A DNA stretch of 64,000 nt from Octopus vulgaris (Eukaryota). Below the pieces are notes generated by a model. The model searched no databases. It was not told the DNA's origin and saw nothing but the letters and a program-made list of their open reading frames with translations. Location: contig OX597824.1 in NCBI GenBank assembly GCA_951406725.2, positions 62,000,001 to 62,064,000 on the forward strand, in the 5' to 3' direction. Made by a program: the position numbers and the translations under genes. The first letter of the stretch is position 1, and each line of letters begins with the position of its first letter. This document shows positions 14,229 to 31,258 of this stretch, one piece after another.

Positions 14229-14379
14229 TCACTCTCTCTCTCTCTCACACAAACATACAGTATTTCCCTTTCTCCTTCACTGTATACATACATACGTCCA
14301 CACACACACACACATATATTTGTACTAATCATGTTTTCTATTGTTACTAGAATGTTTCAGAATTAGTTCCACGTAATTT

Positions 14380-14432
<53 letters not shown>

Positions 14433-14438
<6 letters not shown>

Positions 14439-14630
14439 TAGGTGCTGAAATGTTCCTGGATTTAAGGCTATCGCGAAAGGCCAGGCTGGAGGCCTAACCT
14501 TCGGAGTGATTTTACGGTGCTGAAGGATCGCTGCGGGAATCTGAAACGGAGATATTCTAAATAAAATAATAAAGATCCTCTTAACTTACTTTAAACCAAA
14601 TCAGTATCCTTTCAGGCCCAGTTCGTAAAT
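14433..14630 (+). mobile_element. Possible degenerate mariner-type MITE
   Basis: Starts CGAGGTAGGTGCTGAAATGTTCCTGG, resembling mariner TIRs; the right end is poorly conserved. Confidence 0.3.
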
Positions 14631-14726
14631 ATGTATCTCTCTCTGTCTCCCTCTTTCTCTCTCCCACTTTCTCCCCTCTCTCCTCCTCTCTCCCCCTATC
14701 TCACTCTCTATCTGTATATATACATA

Positions 14727-15210
14727 CACAAGAGTAAGTGAAAATTTACCCGCACTTTCGCTATAACATATCTTTATTATTGTTACACAGCCTTCTATGC
14801 ATGTGTGCTTATAGTTGGTACTACTGTGGTCACATGATCGAAGTTTGAACCTGATCGTATATTTTTTTTTATGGCTTTATAATATAAGCATGGCCGCTCC
14901 ACTAGCACCAAAGAATAACAAAGAGCAGTGACCCGATTTCTCTGGTCGGAAGGTATGTCAGGCGTTCAAAGTTCTCGGAGGCTTTTAGCACAATGTAGAT
15001 ACAATGCAATTCGTCGTAGAATAGTGTATGAATGGATCAAAATTTTAAAAGTGACCGGATGAGCGAGACGTGCGGATAGGGTGTAGAACGCCCGTCAATC
15101 TCCACCACTGACGAGAACATTCAGCAAACGCGAGATATGGTAATGGTGAACCAACAAGTTTCCACCGATGAGGTAGCACGTTTACTGCAGATTAATCATG
15201 GTAAACCTAT
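14727..15210 (+). pseudogene. mariner transposase 5' fragment (HTH region) with left end
   Basis: From ATG 14890, with stops/frameshifts: MAAPL..TKE*QRAVTRFLWSEGMSG...RRLLAQ...RRIVYEWIK...RPSISTTDENIQQTRDMVMVNQQVSTDEVARLLQINHG, the typical mariner N-terminus. The catalytic DD34D part is absent. Confidence 0.8.
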
Positions 15211-16164
15211 TGGGTTATTTCGGGGACTTTATCCCAGAAGCCTTAAAACTTAGCCTGTGTTGTATCTGCATGGAAAGATAGTCGCTCATCTGATACTCAT
15301 TGGAAAGTGAAAGAAATTGGAATACGATGATTACTTATTGCACTTTATATATACATTTTATATATTTATGCGCAATTTTATAGACTTAATACATAGTACT
15401 CATAAAGTAAATGCTCATTCTTATTTTTTCCAGTTTCGCCATAAACAAACAAAAAAGACATTCCGTATATGATATAAACTTTAGTTAAATTGCATGTATC
15501 TGTCACGTAAATAGGCGTGAATATTTCACAGAATGGCACTGATGCACATGCATTAAGTAATAGGTGATATACATATCTTGGTTCGATTATAAAAAATACA
15601 CTATCCAATCACCACCAGTACCCGCTCTACCACCACCACCTCCATTTCAACCACCAGCACTAACACCAGTACCACCATCATCACCGTCTCTCTCAATCCT
15701 CCCCTCCCACCCTTTCTTTAACTATCAGGATATCATCCAACTGCTAAAATTATATTTTGAAGTCACCCCATCTACCTTCAAGTAACTTTTGTAAACACGT
15801 AATAAATATTAGGCCCTCCCTCCCTCAAGTCATCGCTTCTTCCTCCCTCGATTTGTTCTCCCTCTTTCATTCTCCCTCTTCGCCTTTGCTCCCTTTTCTC
15901 CTCTTCTTTCCTTCAACTAATGTCTTTCCTTCAACTAATCACGTAAAACCGTTACAATTACATTCCCTCTAACTCACATCATGGACGCTTCTCACTGCCT
16001 TTTTTTATCCTCCACTTTTCCTCCTCCTCCTTTTCTCCCTCCCACTTTTTCTCTCTTCTTTTGTTTCATTGCCCTTTTCACTAATCCCATGAAAGCATTA
16101 CTGACGGGCTAAGTAACACAATGACAAGCAGAATTATTTGAATATGAATGTATAAATCTATCAA

Positions 16165-16375
16165 TGTGTGTCTTTGCCCGTGTTTGCATCCCCAACACTC
16201 CTTGACAACCGGTGTCGATGTATTTAGGTTCCGGTAACTTAATGTTTCTGCCATAGAGAACAATAGAACAAGTACCAGGCTTAACAAAATGTACTGAAGT
16301 TGCTTCATTCAACTAAAACTCTTCAACCTCGCAGCTTGGCTGCCGTCTAATGACTGAAACAAGTAAAAGATAAAA
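16165..16375 (+). mobile_element. SINE family A 3' half
   Basis: CTTGACAACCGGTGT...AAGTACCAGGCTTA...GTCTAATGACTGAAACAAGTAAAAGATAAAA; same family as 58937-59334. Confidence 0.7.
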
Positions 16376-16391
16376 TATATGTGCATGGAAG

Positions 16392-16620
16392 GCTTTTGAT
16401 CTGGCCATCAGCGGCAACAAAACTGAGCTTGTCCATTAGCCCGTTTGTGACCTTCCTCCAACTATTGCCCCTAGTGTATATGCTGATGGAAAAACATTGA
16501 ATACTGTTTCCTCCTTCACTTATATTGTCTCCAGTGTCCAGTGATGCTAAGATGGAGTCCAGAAACGGAAAGGCTAGCTCTACTTTCGGTAATCTCGACA
16601 ATAGGCTTTGGAACTGGCAC
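16392..16620 (+). pseudogene. RTE-clade LINE fragment (end of RT domain)
   Basis: Translates AFDLAISGNKTELVH*P...PSVYADGKTLNTVSSFTYIVSSV/SSDAKMESRNGKASSTFGNLDNRLW, resembling the RTE pattern FGL.IS..KT.V.HQP...L..V..FTYLGS.....I.KAS..FG.L..RVW. Confidence 0.7.
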
Positions 16621-16948
16621 CCCGTATCGGTGGTATTGATATCATCGCTTTATGTACTGAATCTTGGACCCTATATCGAAAGCACATCAACGATATCGCG
16701 AAGTTCCTTTTGAGACCCACCAGTCAACGACCTTTCCTGTCCAAACACGCGTACAAAAAAATCTCATTTTTAATGAATTTGATGTTGCTGGAATTTCGAT
16801 TCAAATTCTAATATCATAAAGTGAGACGACTTAACCGATAGCAGAGAAGTTTCTGGTGGTCACCTTTGATTTACTGTACTTCTCCAATCAGCCACTTGAT
16901 CTTGACGAGCTACGATTCATATTGTATGGGGCCGAATAAAATAATTTC

Positions 16949-17541
16949 CACGATAGTGTAGGACAGTATTTACATTGGAAAATATGTAAACACTACAAAA
17001 TCAGCACTACTGCTTACTGAGATGAACATCATCCTGAGACAATGGTTGAAGGTTAAAATGTCACTATCCTCTGCGATTTTCCAGTCCACAGCCAAAGAAC
17101 AATCCAGGTTAATCGTCCAGACATTGATATTAAAGACACAAAAGAAAATACTTGTAAAATAATAAATGTAAGTGTTCCCACTGATAAAAATATTTCTGTA
17201 AAAGAATTTGACAAATTGATTAAATATAGGGACTTAGAAATTGAAGTACAAAGACATGGCATCTTAAAGTGAGAACTATTCCTATTTTGGGTGTCCTAGC
17301 TATGATAAAAAGGGGATGTTAGAAACATCTACATAATCTCCCAGGAGAACCATGTCTCAGAGAAATCCAAAAGATTGTGTGAACAGATACTGTACAAATC
17401 CTTAGAAAAACCCTATCAATTTAAATGTCTGTCCCTCCCCAAGCTTTCAGTCATGCTGTAACATATATTATCCTTCATTCGACCTAGGACGTTGCATGTG
17501 TCTCGGCAATTGATTGTAACAAACATGCAAATTAAAAGTAC
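16949..17541 (+). pseudogene. Old R4/Dong-clade non-LTR 3' fragment, subfamily 1 (RLE domain + 3' UTR)
   Basis: HDSVGQYLHWKICKHYKI...VTILCDFPVHSQRTIQVNRPDIDIKDTKENTCKIINVSVPTDKNISVKEFDKLIKYRDLEIEVQR...EIQKIV*TDTVQILRKTLSI* (stop ~17424); colinear with the array ORF and followed by (AAT)n. Confidence 0.85.
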
Positions 17542-17621
<80 letters not shown>

Positions 17622-17623
<2 letters not shown>

Positions 17624-17815
17624 CAAAAACACCAGGACTTACAAACACATATAACATACAGAAAATTGCACTACTAGGCACTGCACACATCCTACGCAGA
17701 ACACTTTCCATACAATAACCATCAGAGCATCACAACAAATCACAGCACATACCCAAGGCACACAGAGCTGCGCTCGGTAGTGAAGTAAAAGCACGCTATA
17801 AAAATAAAACTACTG
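17622..17815 (+). mobile_element. ~195 bp 3' end of the array (subfamily 2) R4/Dong element
   Basis: Near-identical to array unit ends: TKTPGLTNTYNIQKIALLGTAHILRRTLSIQ* plus 3' UTR to AAAACTACTG, flanked by (AAT)n. Confidence 0.9.
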
Positions 17816-17830
17816 AATAATAATAATAAT

Positions 17831-18072
17831 AGTGCTCATGGGAACTGCTCATATCCTACGCAAAATACTTTCTTTGTAATCTCAAGTTTTAAAACAAACA
17901 TAATTTTCGTATGGTTTCTTTAGGCATTCACTAGCACAACACTAAGTACAAAACCAAATATATGGCACCCTAGGCATAACACCAACATGAACTTCCAACA
18001 TGTTGTCTCTTGAGGTCTCTGGGTGAGACTTTGGGCCAGCTTGTGCAAATGTAAAGCAAAAGTTAAACATAG
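17831..18072 (+). mobile_element. R4/Dong-clade 3' end, subfamily 3
   Basis: VLMGTAHILRKILSL* then a distinct 3' UTR ending AAACATAG + (AAT)n; a second copy of this UTR lies at 18820-18952. Confidence 0.8.
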
Positions 18073-18094
18073 AATAATAATAATAAAAATAATA

Positions 18095-18630
18095 AACAAA
18101 AATCAGGAAAGAAAAATATACGGTCAGTTTGCAAGAGATGTTAATGAGTAGACGGATACAGAGGACCGGCGGCTATGGATGAGGAGGAGTGACCGGAAGA
18201 TATAGACACAGGTACCCATATGCTCAGTTCAAGAACAAGTGTTAAGGACCAACTATGTGAAGTGCAGAATAGACAACACTATCAACATCGAAAAAATGCA
18301 GAATGGGTGGCGAAGGGGTGAAACGGTACGGCACACCGTTAGCCTGAAATCGGCACAACGCGCTTACAAAGGACGCTATGACAATGTGGCAAGAACGTTC
18401 CATTGGGAGCTCTGTGGAAATCACAACCTACAAAGATCAAAGACGTGGTATGAGAAAACCACAGACGAAGATACCGAGGATGAAAAAGTCTAAATCCTGT
18501 GGGATGCAATAATCTAATGCGATCAACTGACCTGATATCGGAAACTGGATATTGTTGTGGTGAATAAAAACAAAGAACGTGTATGCTAATCGATATAGCA
18601 TGCCCCGGTGGCAACAGGATCAATGTGTAA
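18095..18630 (+). pseudogene. Old R4/Dong-clade fragment, subfamily 4 (zinc knuckle/RLE region, decayed)
   Basis: YGQFARDV..LWMRRSD..ICSVQEQVLRTNYVKCRIDNT...ETVRHTVS..AQRAYKGRYDNVARTFHWELCG...WYE..ILWD...DIVVVNK..CMLIDIACP, colinear with the array ORF. Confidence 0.8.
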
Positions 18631-18632
18631 AA

Positions 18633-18738
18633 ATACAGCAACCATAAGAGCATCACAACAAATCACAGCACATACCCAAGGCACACAGAGCTGCGCTCGG
18701 TAGTGAAGTGAAAGCACGCTATAAAAATAAAACTACTG
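18633..18738 (+). mobile_element. 3' UTR-only copy of subfamily 2
   Basis: GAGCATCACAACAAATCACAGCACATACCCAAGG...ATAAAAATAAAACTACTG + (AAT)n. Confidence 0.9.
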
Positions 18739-18744
18739 AATAAC

Positions 18745-18806
<62 letters not shown>

Positions 18807-18819
18807 TAATAATAATAAA

Positions 18820-20172
<1,353 letters not shown>

Positions 20173-20189
20173 TAATAATAATAATAATT

Positions 20190-20264
<75 letters not shown>

Positions 20265-20265
20265 T

Positions 20266-20332
<67 letters not shown>

Positions 20333-21155
20333 AATAATAATAATAATAATAATAAAAGAAAAATCCCAGCAATGGTTGAGAAGCTCAGGACTCAAAGCAG
20401 AAACAGAGGGATTTTTAATTGCAGCACAAGACCAAAGCCTCCCCACCAGAAATTACCAAAAACATGTAATGAAAAGAAATATTACAAGTAACTGCAGAAT
20501 ATGTGGAGATGAACAAGAAACAATAAATCATATTATCTCTAGCTGCCCAGTCCTGGCTAAGAAGGAATATATTCACAGACATGACAGAGTTGGAACCTAC
20601 ATACATTGGAAGCTATGCCAACATTATGGAATAACAAGAGAAAAAAGATGGTATAGGCACACACCAGAAAAGGTCACAGAAAACGAGAAAGCAACCATAC
20701 TCTGGGATATGCCGATACACACAGATAGAGAAATTAAGGCCAACAGACCAGATATAGTTGTCAGAGATCATGAAGAAAAAAATGCTTTCTAATTGATGTA
20801 TCAATACCAGCAGATGACAACATGTCTCTAAAAGAAATGGAGAAACTCTTAAAATACAAAGACCTGGAAATAGAGGTAACTAGAATGTGGAACCTGAAAA
20901 CAGAAACAATTCCTATCATAGTAGGTGCATTAGGCATGATAAAAAAATATTCAGACAAATACATAACAAAAACACCAGAACTTACAAACACATATAACAT
21001 ACAGAAAATTGCACTACGAGGCACTGCACACATCCTACGCAGAACACTTTCCATACAATAACCATCAGAGCATCACAACAACTCACAGCACATACCCAAG
21101 GCACACAGAGCTGCGCTCAGTAGTGAAGTGAAAGCACGCTATAAAAATAAAACTA

Positions 21156-21265
<110 letters not shown>

Positions 21266-21276
21266 TAATAATAATA

Positions 21277-21332
<56 letters not shown>

Positions 21333-22100
21333 GAAAAAAATCCCAGCAATGGTTGAGAAGCTCAGGACTCAAAGCAGAAACAGAGGGATTTTTAATTGCA
21401 GCACAAGACCAAAGCCTCCCCACCAGAAATTACCAAAATCATGTAATGAAAAGAAATATTACAAGTAACTGCAGAATATGTGGAGATGGACAAGAAACAA
21501 TAAATCATATTATCTCTAGCTGCCCAGTCCTGGCTAAGAAGGAATATATTCACAGACATGACAGAGTTGGGACCTACATACACTGGAAGCTATGGCAACA
21601 TTATGGAATAACAAGAGAAAAAAGATGGTATAGGCACACAACAGAAAAGTCACAGAAAACGAGAAAGCAACCATACTCTGGGATATGCCGATACACACAG
21701 ATAGAGAAATTAAGGCCAACAGACCAGATATAGTTGTCAGAGAACATGAAGAAAAAAATGCTTTCTAATTGATGTATCAATACCAGCAGATGACAACGTC
21801 TCTCTAAAAGAAATGGAGAAACTTTCAAAATACAAGGACCTGGAAATAGAGGTAACCAGAATGTGGAATCTAAAATCAGAAACAATTCCTATTATAGTAG
21901 GTGCATCAGGCATGATAAAAATATTCAGACAAATACATAACAAAAACACCAGGACTTACAAACACATATAACAGTCAGAAAATTGCACTACTAGGCACTG
22001 CACACATCCTACGCAGAACACTTTCCATACAATAACCATCAGAGCATCACAACAAATCACAGCATATACCCAAGGCACACAAGTGAAAGCACGCTGTAAA

Positions 22101-22171
<71 letters not shown>

Positions 22172-22201
22172 TAATAATAATAATAATAATTATGATGATG
22201 T

Positions 22202-22272
<71 letters not shown>

Positions 22273-22273
22273 T

Positions 22274-22343
<70 letters not shown>

Positions 22344-22444
22344 ACAATAACAATCAGAGCATCACAACAACTCACAGCACATACCCAAGGCACACAGAGC
22401 TGCGCTCGGTAGTGAAGTGAGAGCACGCTATAAAAATAAAACTA

Positions 22445-22649
<205 letters not shown>

Positions 22650-23415
22650 GAAAAATCCCAGCAATGGTTGAGAAGCTCAGGACTCAAAGCAGAAACAGAG
22701 GGATTTTTAATTGCAGCACAAGACCAAAGCCTCCCCACCAGAAATTACCAAAAACATGTAATGAAAAGAAATATTACAAGTAACTGCAGAATATGTGGAG
22801 ATGGACAAGAAACAATAAATCATATTATCTCTAGCTGCCCAGTCCTGGCTAAGAAGGAATATATTCACAGACATGACAGAGTTGGGACCTACATACACTG
22901 GAAGCTATGGCAACATTATGGAATAACAAGAGAAAAAAGATGGTATAGGCACACAACAGAAAAGGTCACAGGAAACGAGAAAGCAACCATACTCTGGGAT
23001 ATGCCGATACACACAGATAGAGAAATTAAGGCCAACAGACCAGATATAGTTGTCAGAGAACATGAAGAAAAAATGCTTTCTAATTGATGTATCAATACCA
23101 GCAGATGACAACATCTCTCTAAAAGAAATGGAGAAACTTTCAAAATACAAGGACCTGGAAATAGAGGTAACCAGAATGTGGAATCTAAAATCAGAAACAA
23201 TTCCTATTATAGTAGGTGCATCAGGCATGATAAAAATATTCAGACAAATACATAACAAAAACACCAGGACTTACAAACACATATAACAGTCAGAAAATTG
23301 CACTACTAGGCACTGCACACATCCTACGCAGAACACTTTCCATACAATAACCATCAGAGCATCACAACAAATCACAGCATATACCCAAGGCACACAAGTG
23401 AAAGCACGCTGTAAA

Positions 23416-23459
<44 letters not shown>

Positions 23460-23479
23460 TGATAATAATAATAATAATT

Positions 23480-23548
<69 letters not shown>

Positions 23549-23549
23549 C

Positions 23550-23580
<31 letters not shown>

Positions 23581-24394
23581 AATAATAATAAAAGAAAAAT
23601 CCCAGCAATGGTTCAGAAGCACAGGACTCAAAGCAGAAACAGAGGGATTTTTAATTGCAGCACAAGACCAAAGCCTCCCCACCAGAAATTACCAAAAACA
23701 TGTAATGAAAAGAAATATTACAAGTAACTGCAGAATATGTGGAGATGGACAAGAAACAATAAATCATATTATCTCTAGCTGCCCAGTCCTGGCTAAGAAG
23801 GAATATATTCACAGACATGACAGAGTTGGAACCTACATACATTGGAAGCTATGCCAACATTATGGAATAACAAGAGAAAAAAGATGGTATAGGCACACAC
23901 CAGAAAAGGTCACAGAAAACAGAGAAAGCAACCATACTCTGGGATATGCCGATACACACAGATAGAGAAATTAAGGCCAACAGACCAGATATAGTTGTCA
24001 GAGATCATGAAGAAAAAAAAATGCTTTCTAATTGATGTATCAATACCAGCAGATGACAACATGTCTCTAAAAGAAATGGAGAAACTCTCAAAATACAAAG
24101 ACCTGGAAATAGAGGTAACTAGAATGTGGAACCTGAAAACAGAAACAATTCCTATCATAGTAGGTGCATTAGGCATGATAAAAAAATATTCAGACAAATA
24201 CATAACAAAAACACCAGGACTTACAAACACATATAACATACAGAAAATTGCACTACGAGGCACTGCACACATCCTACGCAGAACACTTTCCATACAATAA
24301 CCATCAGAGCATCACAACAACTCACAGCACATACCCAAGGCACACAGAGCTGCGCTCGGTAGTGAAGTGAAAGCACGCTATAAAAATAAAACTA

Positions 24395-24527
<133 letters not shown>

Positions 24528-25328
24528 GAAAAATCCCAGCAATGGTTGAGAAGCTCAGGACTCAAAGCAGAAACAGAGGGATTTTTAATTGCAGCACAAG
24601 ACCAAAGCCTCCCCACCAGAAATTACCAAAAACATGTAATGAAAAGAAATATTACAAGTAACTGCAGAATATGTGGAGATGGACAAGAAACAATAAATCA
24701 TATTATCTCTAGCTGCCCAGTCCTGGCTAAGAAGGAATATATTCACAGACATGACAGAGTTGGAACCTACATACATTGGAAGCTATGCCAACATTATGGA
24801 ATAACAACAGAAAAAAAGATGGTATAGGCACACACCAGAAAAGGTCACAGAAAACGAGAAAGCAACCATACTCTGGGATATGCCGATACACACAGATAGA
24901 GAAATTAAGGCCAACAGACCAGATATAGTTGTCAGAGATCATGAAGAAAAAAAAATGCTTTCTAATTGATGTATCAATACCAGCAGATGACAACATGTCT
25001 CTAAAAGAAATGGAGAAACTCTCAAAATACAAAGACCTGGAAATAGAGGTAACTAGAATGTGGAACCTGAAAACAGAAACAATTCCTATCATAGTAGGTG
25101 CATTAGGCATGATAAAAAAATATTCAGACAAATACATAACAAAAACACCAGAACTTACAAACACATATAACATACAGAAAATTGCACTACGAGGCACTGC
25201 ACACATCCTACGCAGAACACTTTCCATACAATAACCATCAGAGCATCACAACAACTCACAGCACATACCCAAGGCACACAGAGCTGCGCTCGGTAGTGAA
25301 GTGAAAGCACGCTATAAAAATAAAACTA

Positions 25329-25378
<50 letters not shown>

Positions 25379-25407
25379 TAATAATAATAATTATAATAAT
25401 AATAATG

Positions 25408-25482
<75 letters not shown>

Positions 25483-26266
25483 GAAAAATCCCAGCAATGG
25501 TTGAGAAGCTCAGGACTCAAAGCAGAAACAGAGGGATTTTTAATTGCAGCACAAGACCAAAGCCTCCCCACCAGAAATTACCAAAAACATGTAATGAAAA
25601 GAAATATTACAAGTAACTGCAGAATATGTGGAGATGGACAAGAAACAATAAATCATATTATCTCTAGCTGCCCAGTCCTGGCTAAGAAGGAATATATTCA
25701 CAGACATGACAGAGTTGGGACCTACATACATTGGAAGCTATGGCAACATTATGGAATAACAAGAGAAAAAAAGATGGTATAGGCACACAACAGAAAAGTC
25801 ACAGAAAACGAGAAAACAACCATACTCTGGGATATGCCGATACACACAGATAGAGAAATTAAGGCCAACAGACCAGATATAGTTGTCAGAGAACATGAAG
25901 AAAAAATGCTTTCTAATTGATGTATCAATACCAGCAGATGACAACGTTTCTCTAAAAGAAATGGAGAAACTTTCAAAATGCAAGGACCTGGAAATAGAGG
26001 TAACCAGAATGTGGAATCTAAAATCAGAAACAATTCCTATCATAGTAGGTGCATCAGGCATGATAAAAAATATTCAGACAAATACATAACAAAAACACCA
26101 GGACTTACAAACACATATAACAGTCAGAAAATTGCACTACTAGGCACTGCACACATCCTACGCAGAACACTTTCCATACAATAACCATCAGAGCATCACA
26201 ACAAATCACAGCATATACCCAAGGCACACAAGTGAAAGCACGCTGTAAAAATAATAATAATAATAA

Positions 26267-26314
<48 letters not shown>

Positions 26315-26331
26315 TAATAATAATAATAATT

Positions 26332-26397
<66 letters not shown>

Positions 26398-26411
26398 TTG
26401 ATGATGATGAA

Positions 26412-26487
<76 letters not shown>

Positions 26488-27287
26488 GAAAAATCCCAGC
26501 AATGGTTCAGAAGCACAGGACTCAAAGCAGAAACAGAGGGATTTTTAATTGCAGCACAAGACCAAAGCCTCCCCACCAGAAATTACCAAAAACATGTAAT
26601 GAAAAGAAATATTACAAGTAACTGCAGAATATGTGGAGATGGACAAGAAACAATAAATCATATTATCTCTAGCTGCCCAGTCCTGGCTAAGAAGGAATAT
26701 ATTCACAGACATGACAGAGTTGGAACCTACAAACATTGGAAGCTATGCCAACATTATGGAATAACAACAGAAAAAAGATGGTATAGGCACACACCAGAAA
26801 AGGTCACAGAAAACGAGAAAGCAACCATACTCTGGGATATGCCGATACACACAGATAGAGAAATTAAGGCCAACAGACCAGATATAGTTGTCAGAGATCA
26901 TGAAGAAAAAAAAATGCTTTCTAATTGATGTATCAATACCAGCAGATGACAACATGTCTCTAAAAGAAATGGAGAAACTCTCAAAATACAAAGACCTGGA
27001 AATAGAGGTAACTAGAATGTGGAACCTGAAAACAGAAACAATTCCTATCATAGTAGGTGCATTAGGCATGATAAAAAAATATTCAGACAAATACATAACA
27101 AAAACACCACGACTTACAAACACATATAACATACAGAAAATTGCACTACGAGGCACTGCACACATCCTACGCAGAACACTTTCCATACAATAACAATCAG
27201 AGCATCACAACAACTCACAGCACATACCCAAGGCACACAGAGCTGCGCTCGGTAGTGAAGTGAAAGCACGCTATAAAAATAAAACTA

Positions 27288-27361
<74 letters not shown>

Positions 27362-27366
27362 TAATG

Positions 27367-27419
<53 letters not shown>

Positions 27420-28184
27420 GAAAAATCCCAGCAATGGTTGAGAAGCTCAGGACTCAAAGCAGAGACAGAGGGATTTTTAATTGCAGCACAAGACCAAAGC
27501 CTCCCCACCAGAAATTACCAAAATCATGTAATGAAAAGAAATATTACAAGTAACTGCAGAATATGTGTAGATGGACAAGAAACAATAAATCATATTATCT
27601 CTAGCTGCCCAGTCCTGGCTAAGAAGGAATATATTCACAGACATGACAGAGTTGGGACCTACATACACTGGAAGCTATGGCAACATTATGGAATAACAAG
27701 AGAAAAATGATGGTATAGGCACACAACAGAAAAGGTCACAGAAAACGAGAAATCAACCATACTCTGGGATATGCCGATACACACAGATAGAGAAATTAAG
27801 GCCAACAGACCAGATATAGTTGTCAGAGAACATGAAGAAAAAATGCTTTCTAATTGATGTATCAATACCAGCAGATGACAACGTCTCTCTAAAAGAAATG
27901 GAGAAACTTTCAAAATACAAGGACCTGGAAAAGAGGTAACCAGAATGTGGAACCTGAAAACAGAAACAATTCCTATTATAGTAGGTGCATCAGGCATGAT
28001 AAAAATATTCAGACAAATACATAACAAAAACACCAGGACTTACAAACACATATAACAGTCAGAAAATTGCACTACTAGGCACTGCACAGATCCTACGCAG
28101 AACACTTTCCATACAATAACCATCAGAGCATCACAACAAATCACAGCATATACCCAAGGCACACAAGTGAAAGCACGCTGTAAA

Positions 28185-28231
<47 letters not shown>

Positions 28232-28248
28232 TAATAATAATAATAATT

Positions 28249-28340
<92 letters not shown>

Positions 28341-29153
28341 AATAATAATAATAAAAGAAAAATCCCAGCAATGGTTCAGAAGCACAGGACTCAAAGCAGA
28401 AACAGAGGGATTTTTAATTGCAGCACAAGACCAAAGCCTCCCCACCAGAAATTACCAAAAACATGTAATGAAAAGAAATATTACAAGTAACTGCAGAATA
28501 TGTGGAGATGGACAAGAAACAATAAATCATATTATCTCTAGCTGCCCAGTCCTGGCTAAGAAGGAATATATTCACAGACATGACAGAGTTGGAACCTACA
28601 TACATTGGAAGCTATGCCAACATTATGGAATAACAAGAGAAAAAAGATGGTATAGGCACACACCAGAAAAGTCACAGAAAACGAGAAAGCAACCATACTC
28701 TGGGATATGCCGATACACACAGATAGAGAAATTAAGGCCAACAGACCAGATATAGTTGTCAGAGATCATGAAGAAAAAAATGCTTTCTAATTGATGTATC
28801 AATACCAGCAGATGACAACATGTCTCTAAAAGAAATGGAGAAACTCTCAAAATACAAAGACCTGGAAATAGAGGTAACTAGAATGTGGAACCTGAAAACA
28901 GAAACAATTCCTATCATAGTAGGTGCATTAGGCATGATAAAAAAATATTCAGACAAATACATAACAAAAACACCAGGACTTACAAACACATATAACATAC
29001 AGAAAATTGCACTACGAGGCACTGCACACATCCTACGCAGAACACTTTCCATACAATAACCATCAGAGCATCACAACAACTCACAGCACATACCCAAGGC
29101 ACACAGAGCTGCGCTCGGTAGTGAAGTGAGAGCACGCTATAAAAATAAAACTA

Positions 29154-29343
<190 letters not shown>

Positions 29344-30109
29344 GAAAAATCCCAGCAATGGTTGAGAAGCTCAGGACTCAAAGCAGAAACAGAGGGATCT
29401 TTAATTGCAGCACAAGACCAAAGCCTCCCCACCAGAAATTACCAAAAACATGTAATGAAAAGAAATATTACAAGTAACTGCAGAATATGTGGAGATGGAC
29501 AAGAAACAATAAATCATATTATCTCTAGCTGCCCAGTCCTGGCTAAGAAGGAATATATTCACAGACATGACAGAGTTGGGACCTACATACACTGGAAGCT
29601 ATGGCAACATTATGGAATAACAAGAGAAAAAAGATGGTATAGGCACACAACAGAAAAGGTCACAGAAAACGAGAAAGCAACCATACTCTGGGATATGCCG
29701 ATACACACAGATAGAGAAATTAAGGCCAACAGACCAGATATAGTTGTCAGAGAACATGAAGAAAAAATGCTTTCTAATTGATGTATCAATACCAGCAGAT
29801 GACAACGTCTCTCTAAAAGAAATGGAGAAACTTTCAAAATACAAGGACCTGGAAAGAGAGGTAACCAGAATGTGGAACCTGAAAACAGAAACAATTCCTA
29901 TTATAGTAGGTGCATCAGGCATGATAAAAATATTCAGACAAATACATAACAAAAACACCAGGACTTACAAACACATATAACAGTCAGAAAATTGCACTAC
30001 TAGGCACTGCACAGATCCTACGCAGAACACTTTCCATACAATAACCATCAGAGCATCACAACAAATCACAGCATATACCCAAGGCACACAAGTGAAAGCA
30101 CGCTGTAAA

Positions 30110-30156
<47 letters not shown>

Positions 30157-30173
30157 TAATAATAATAATAATT

Positions 30174-30262
<89 letters not shown>

Positions 30263-30387
30263 AATAATAATAAAAAGAAAAATCCCAGCAATGGTTCAGA
30301 AGCACAGGACTCAAAGCAGAAACAGAGGGATTTTTAATTGCAGCACAAGACCAAAGCCTCCCCACCAGAAATTACCAAAAACATGTA

Positions 30388-30981
30388 ATGAAAAGAAATA
30401 TTACAAGTAACTGCAGAATATGTGGAGATGGACAAGAAACAATAAATCATATTATCTCTAGCTGCCCAGTCCTGGCTAAGAAGGAATATATTCACAGACA
30501 TGACAGAGTTGGAACCTACATACATTGGAAGCTATGCCAACATTATGGAATAACAACAGAAAAAAGATGGTATAGGCACACACCAGAAAAGGTCACAGAA
30601 AACGAGAAAGCAACCATACTCTGGGATATGCCGATACACACAGATAGAGAAATTAAGGCCAACAGACCAGATATAGTTGTCAGAGATCATGAAGAAAAAA
30701 AATGCTTTCTAATTGATGTATCAATACCAGCAGATGATAACATGTCTCTAAAAGAAATGGAGAAACTCTCAAAATACAAAGACCTGGAAATAGAGGTAAC
30801 TAGAATGTGGAACCTGAAAACAGAAACAATTCCTATCATAGTAGGTGCATTAGGCATGATAAAAAAATATTCAGACAAATACATAACAAAAACACCAGGA
30901 CTTACAAACACATATAACATACAGAAAATTGCACTACGAGGCACTACACACATCCTACGCAGAACACTTTCCATACAATAA
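30388..30981 (+). CDS. Open ORF: CCHC zinc knuckle + restriction-like endonuclease (unit 13); expression unknown
   Basis: 197 aa ORF from an internal Met with intact CCHC and PD..D..K..KY motifs to the natural stop. Confidence 0.35.
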   Translation: MKRNITSNCRICGDGQETINHIISSCPVLAKKEYIHRHDRVGTYIHWKLCQHYGITTEKRWYRHTPEKVTENEKATILWDMPIHTDREIKANRPDIVVRDHEEKKCFLIDVSIPADDNMSLKEMEKLSKYKDLEIEVTRMWNLKTETIPIIVGALGMIKKYSDKYITKTPGLTNTYNIQKIALRGTTHILRRTLSIQ

Positions 30982-31074
30982 CCATCAGAGCATCACAACA
31001 ACTCACAGCACATACCAAGGCACACAGAGCTGCGCTCGGTAGTGAAGTGAGAGCACGCTATAAAAATAAAACTA

Positions 31075-31258
<184 letters not shown>

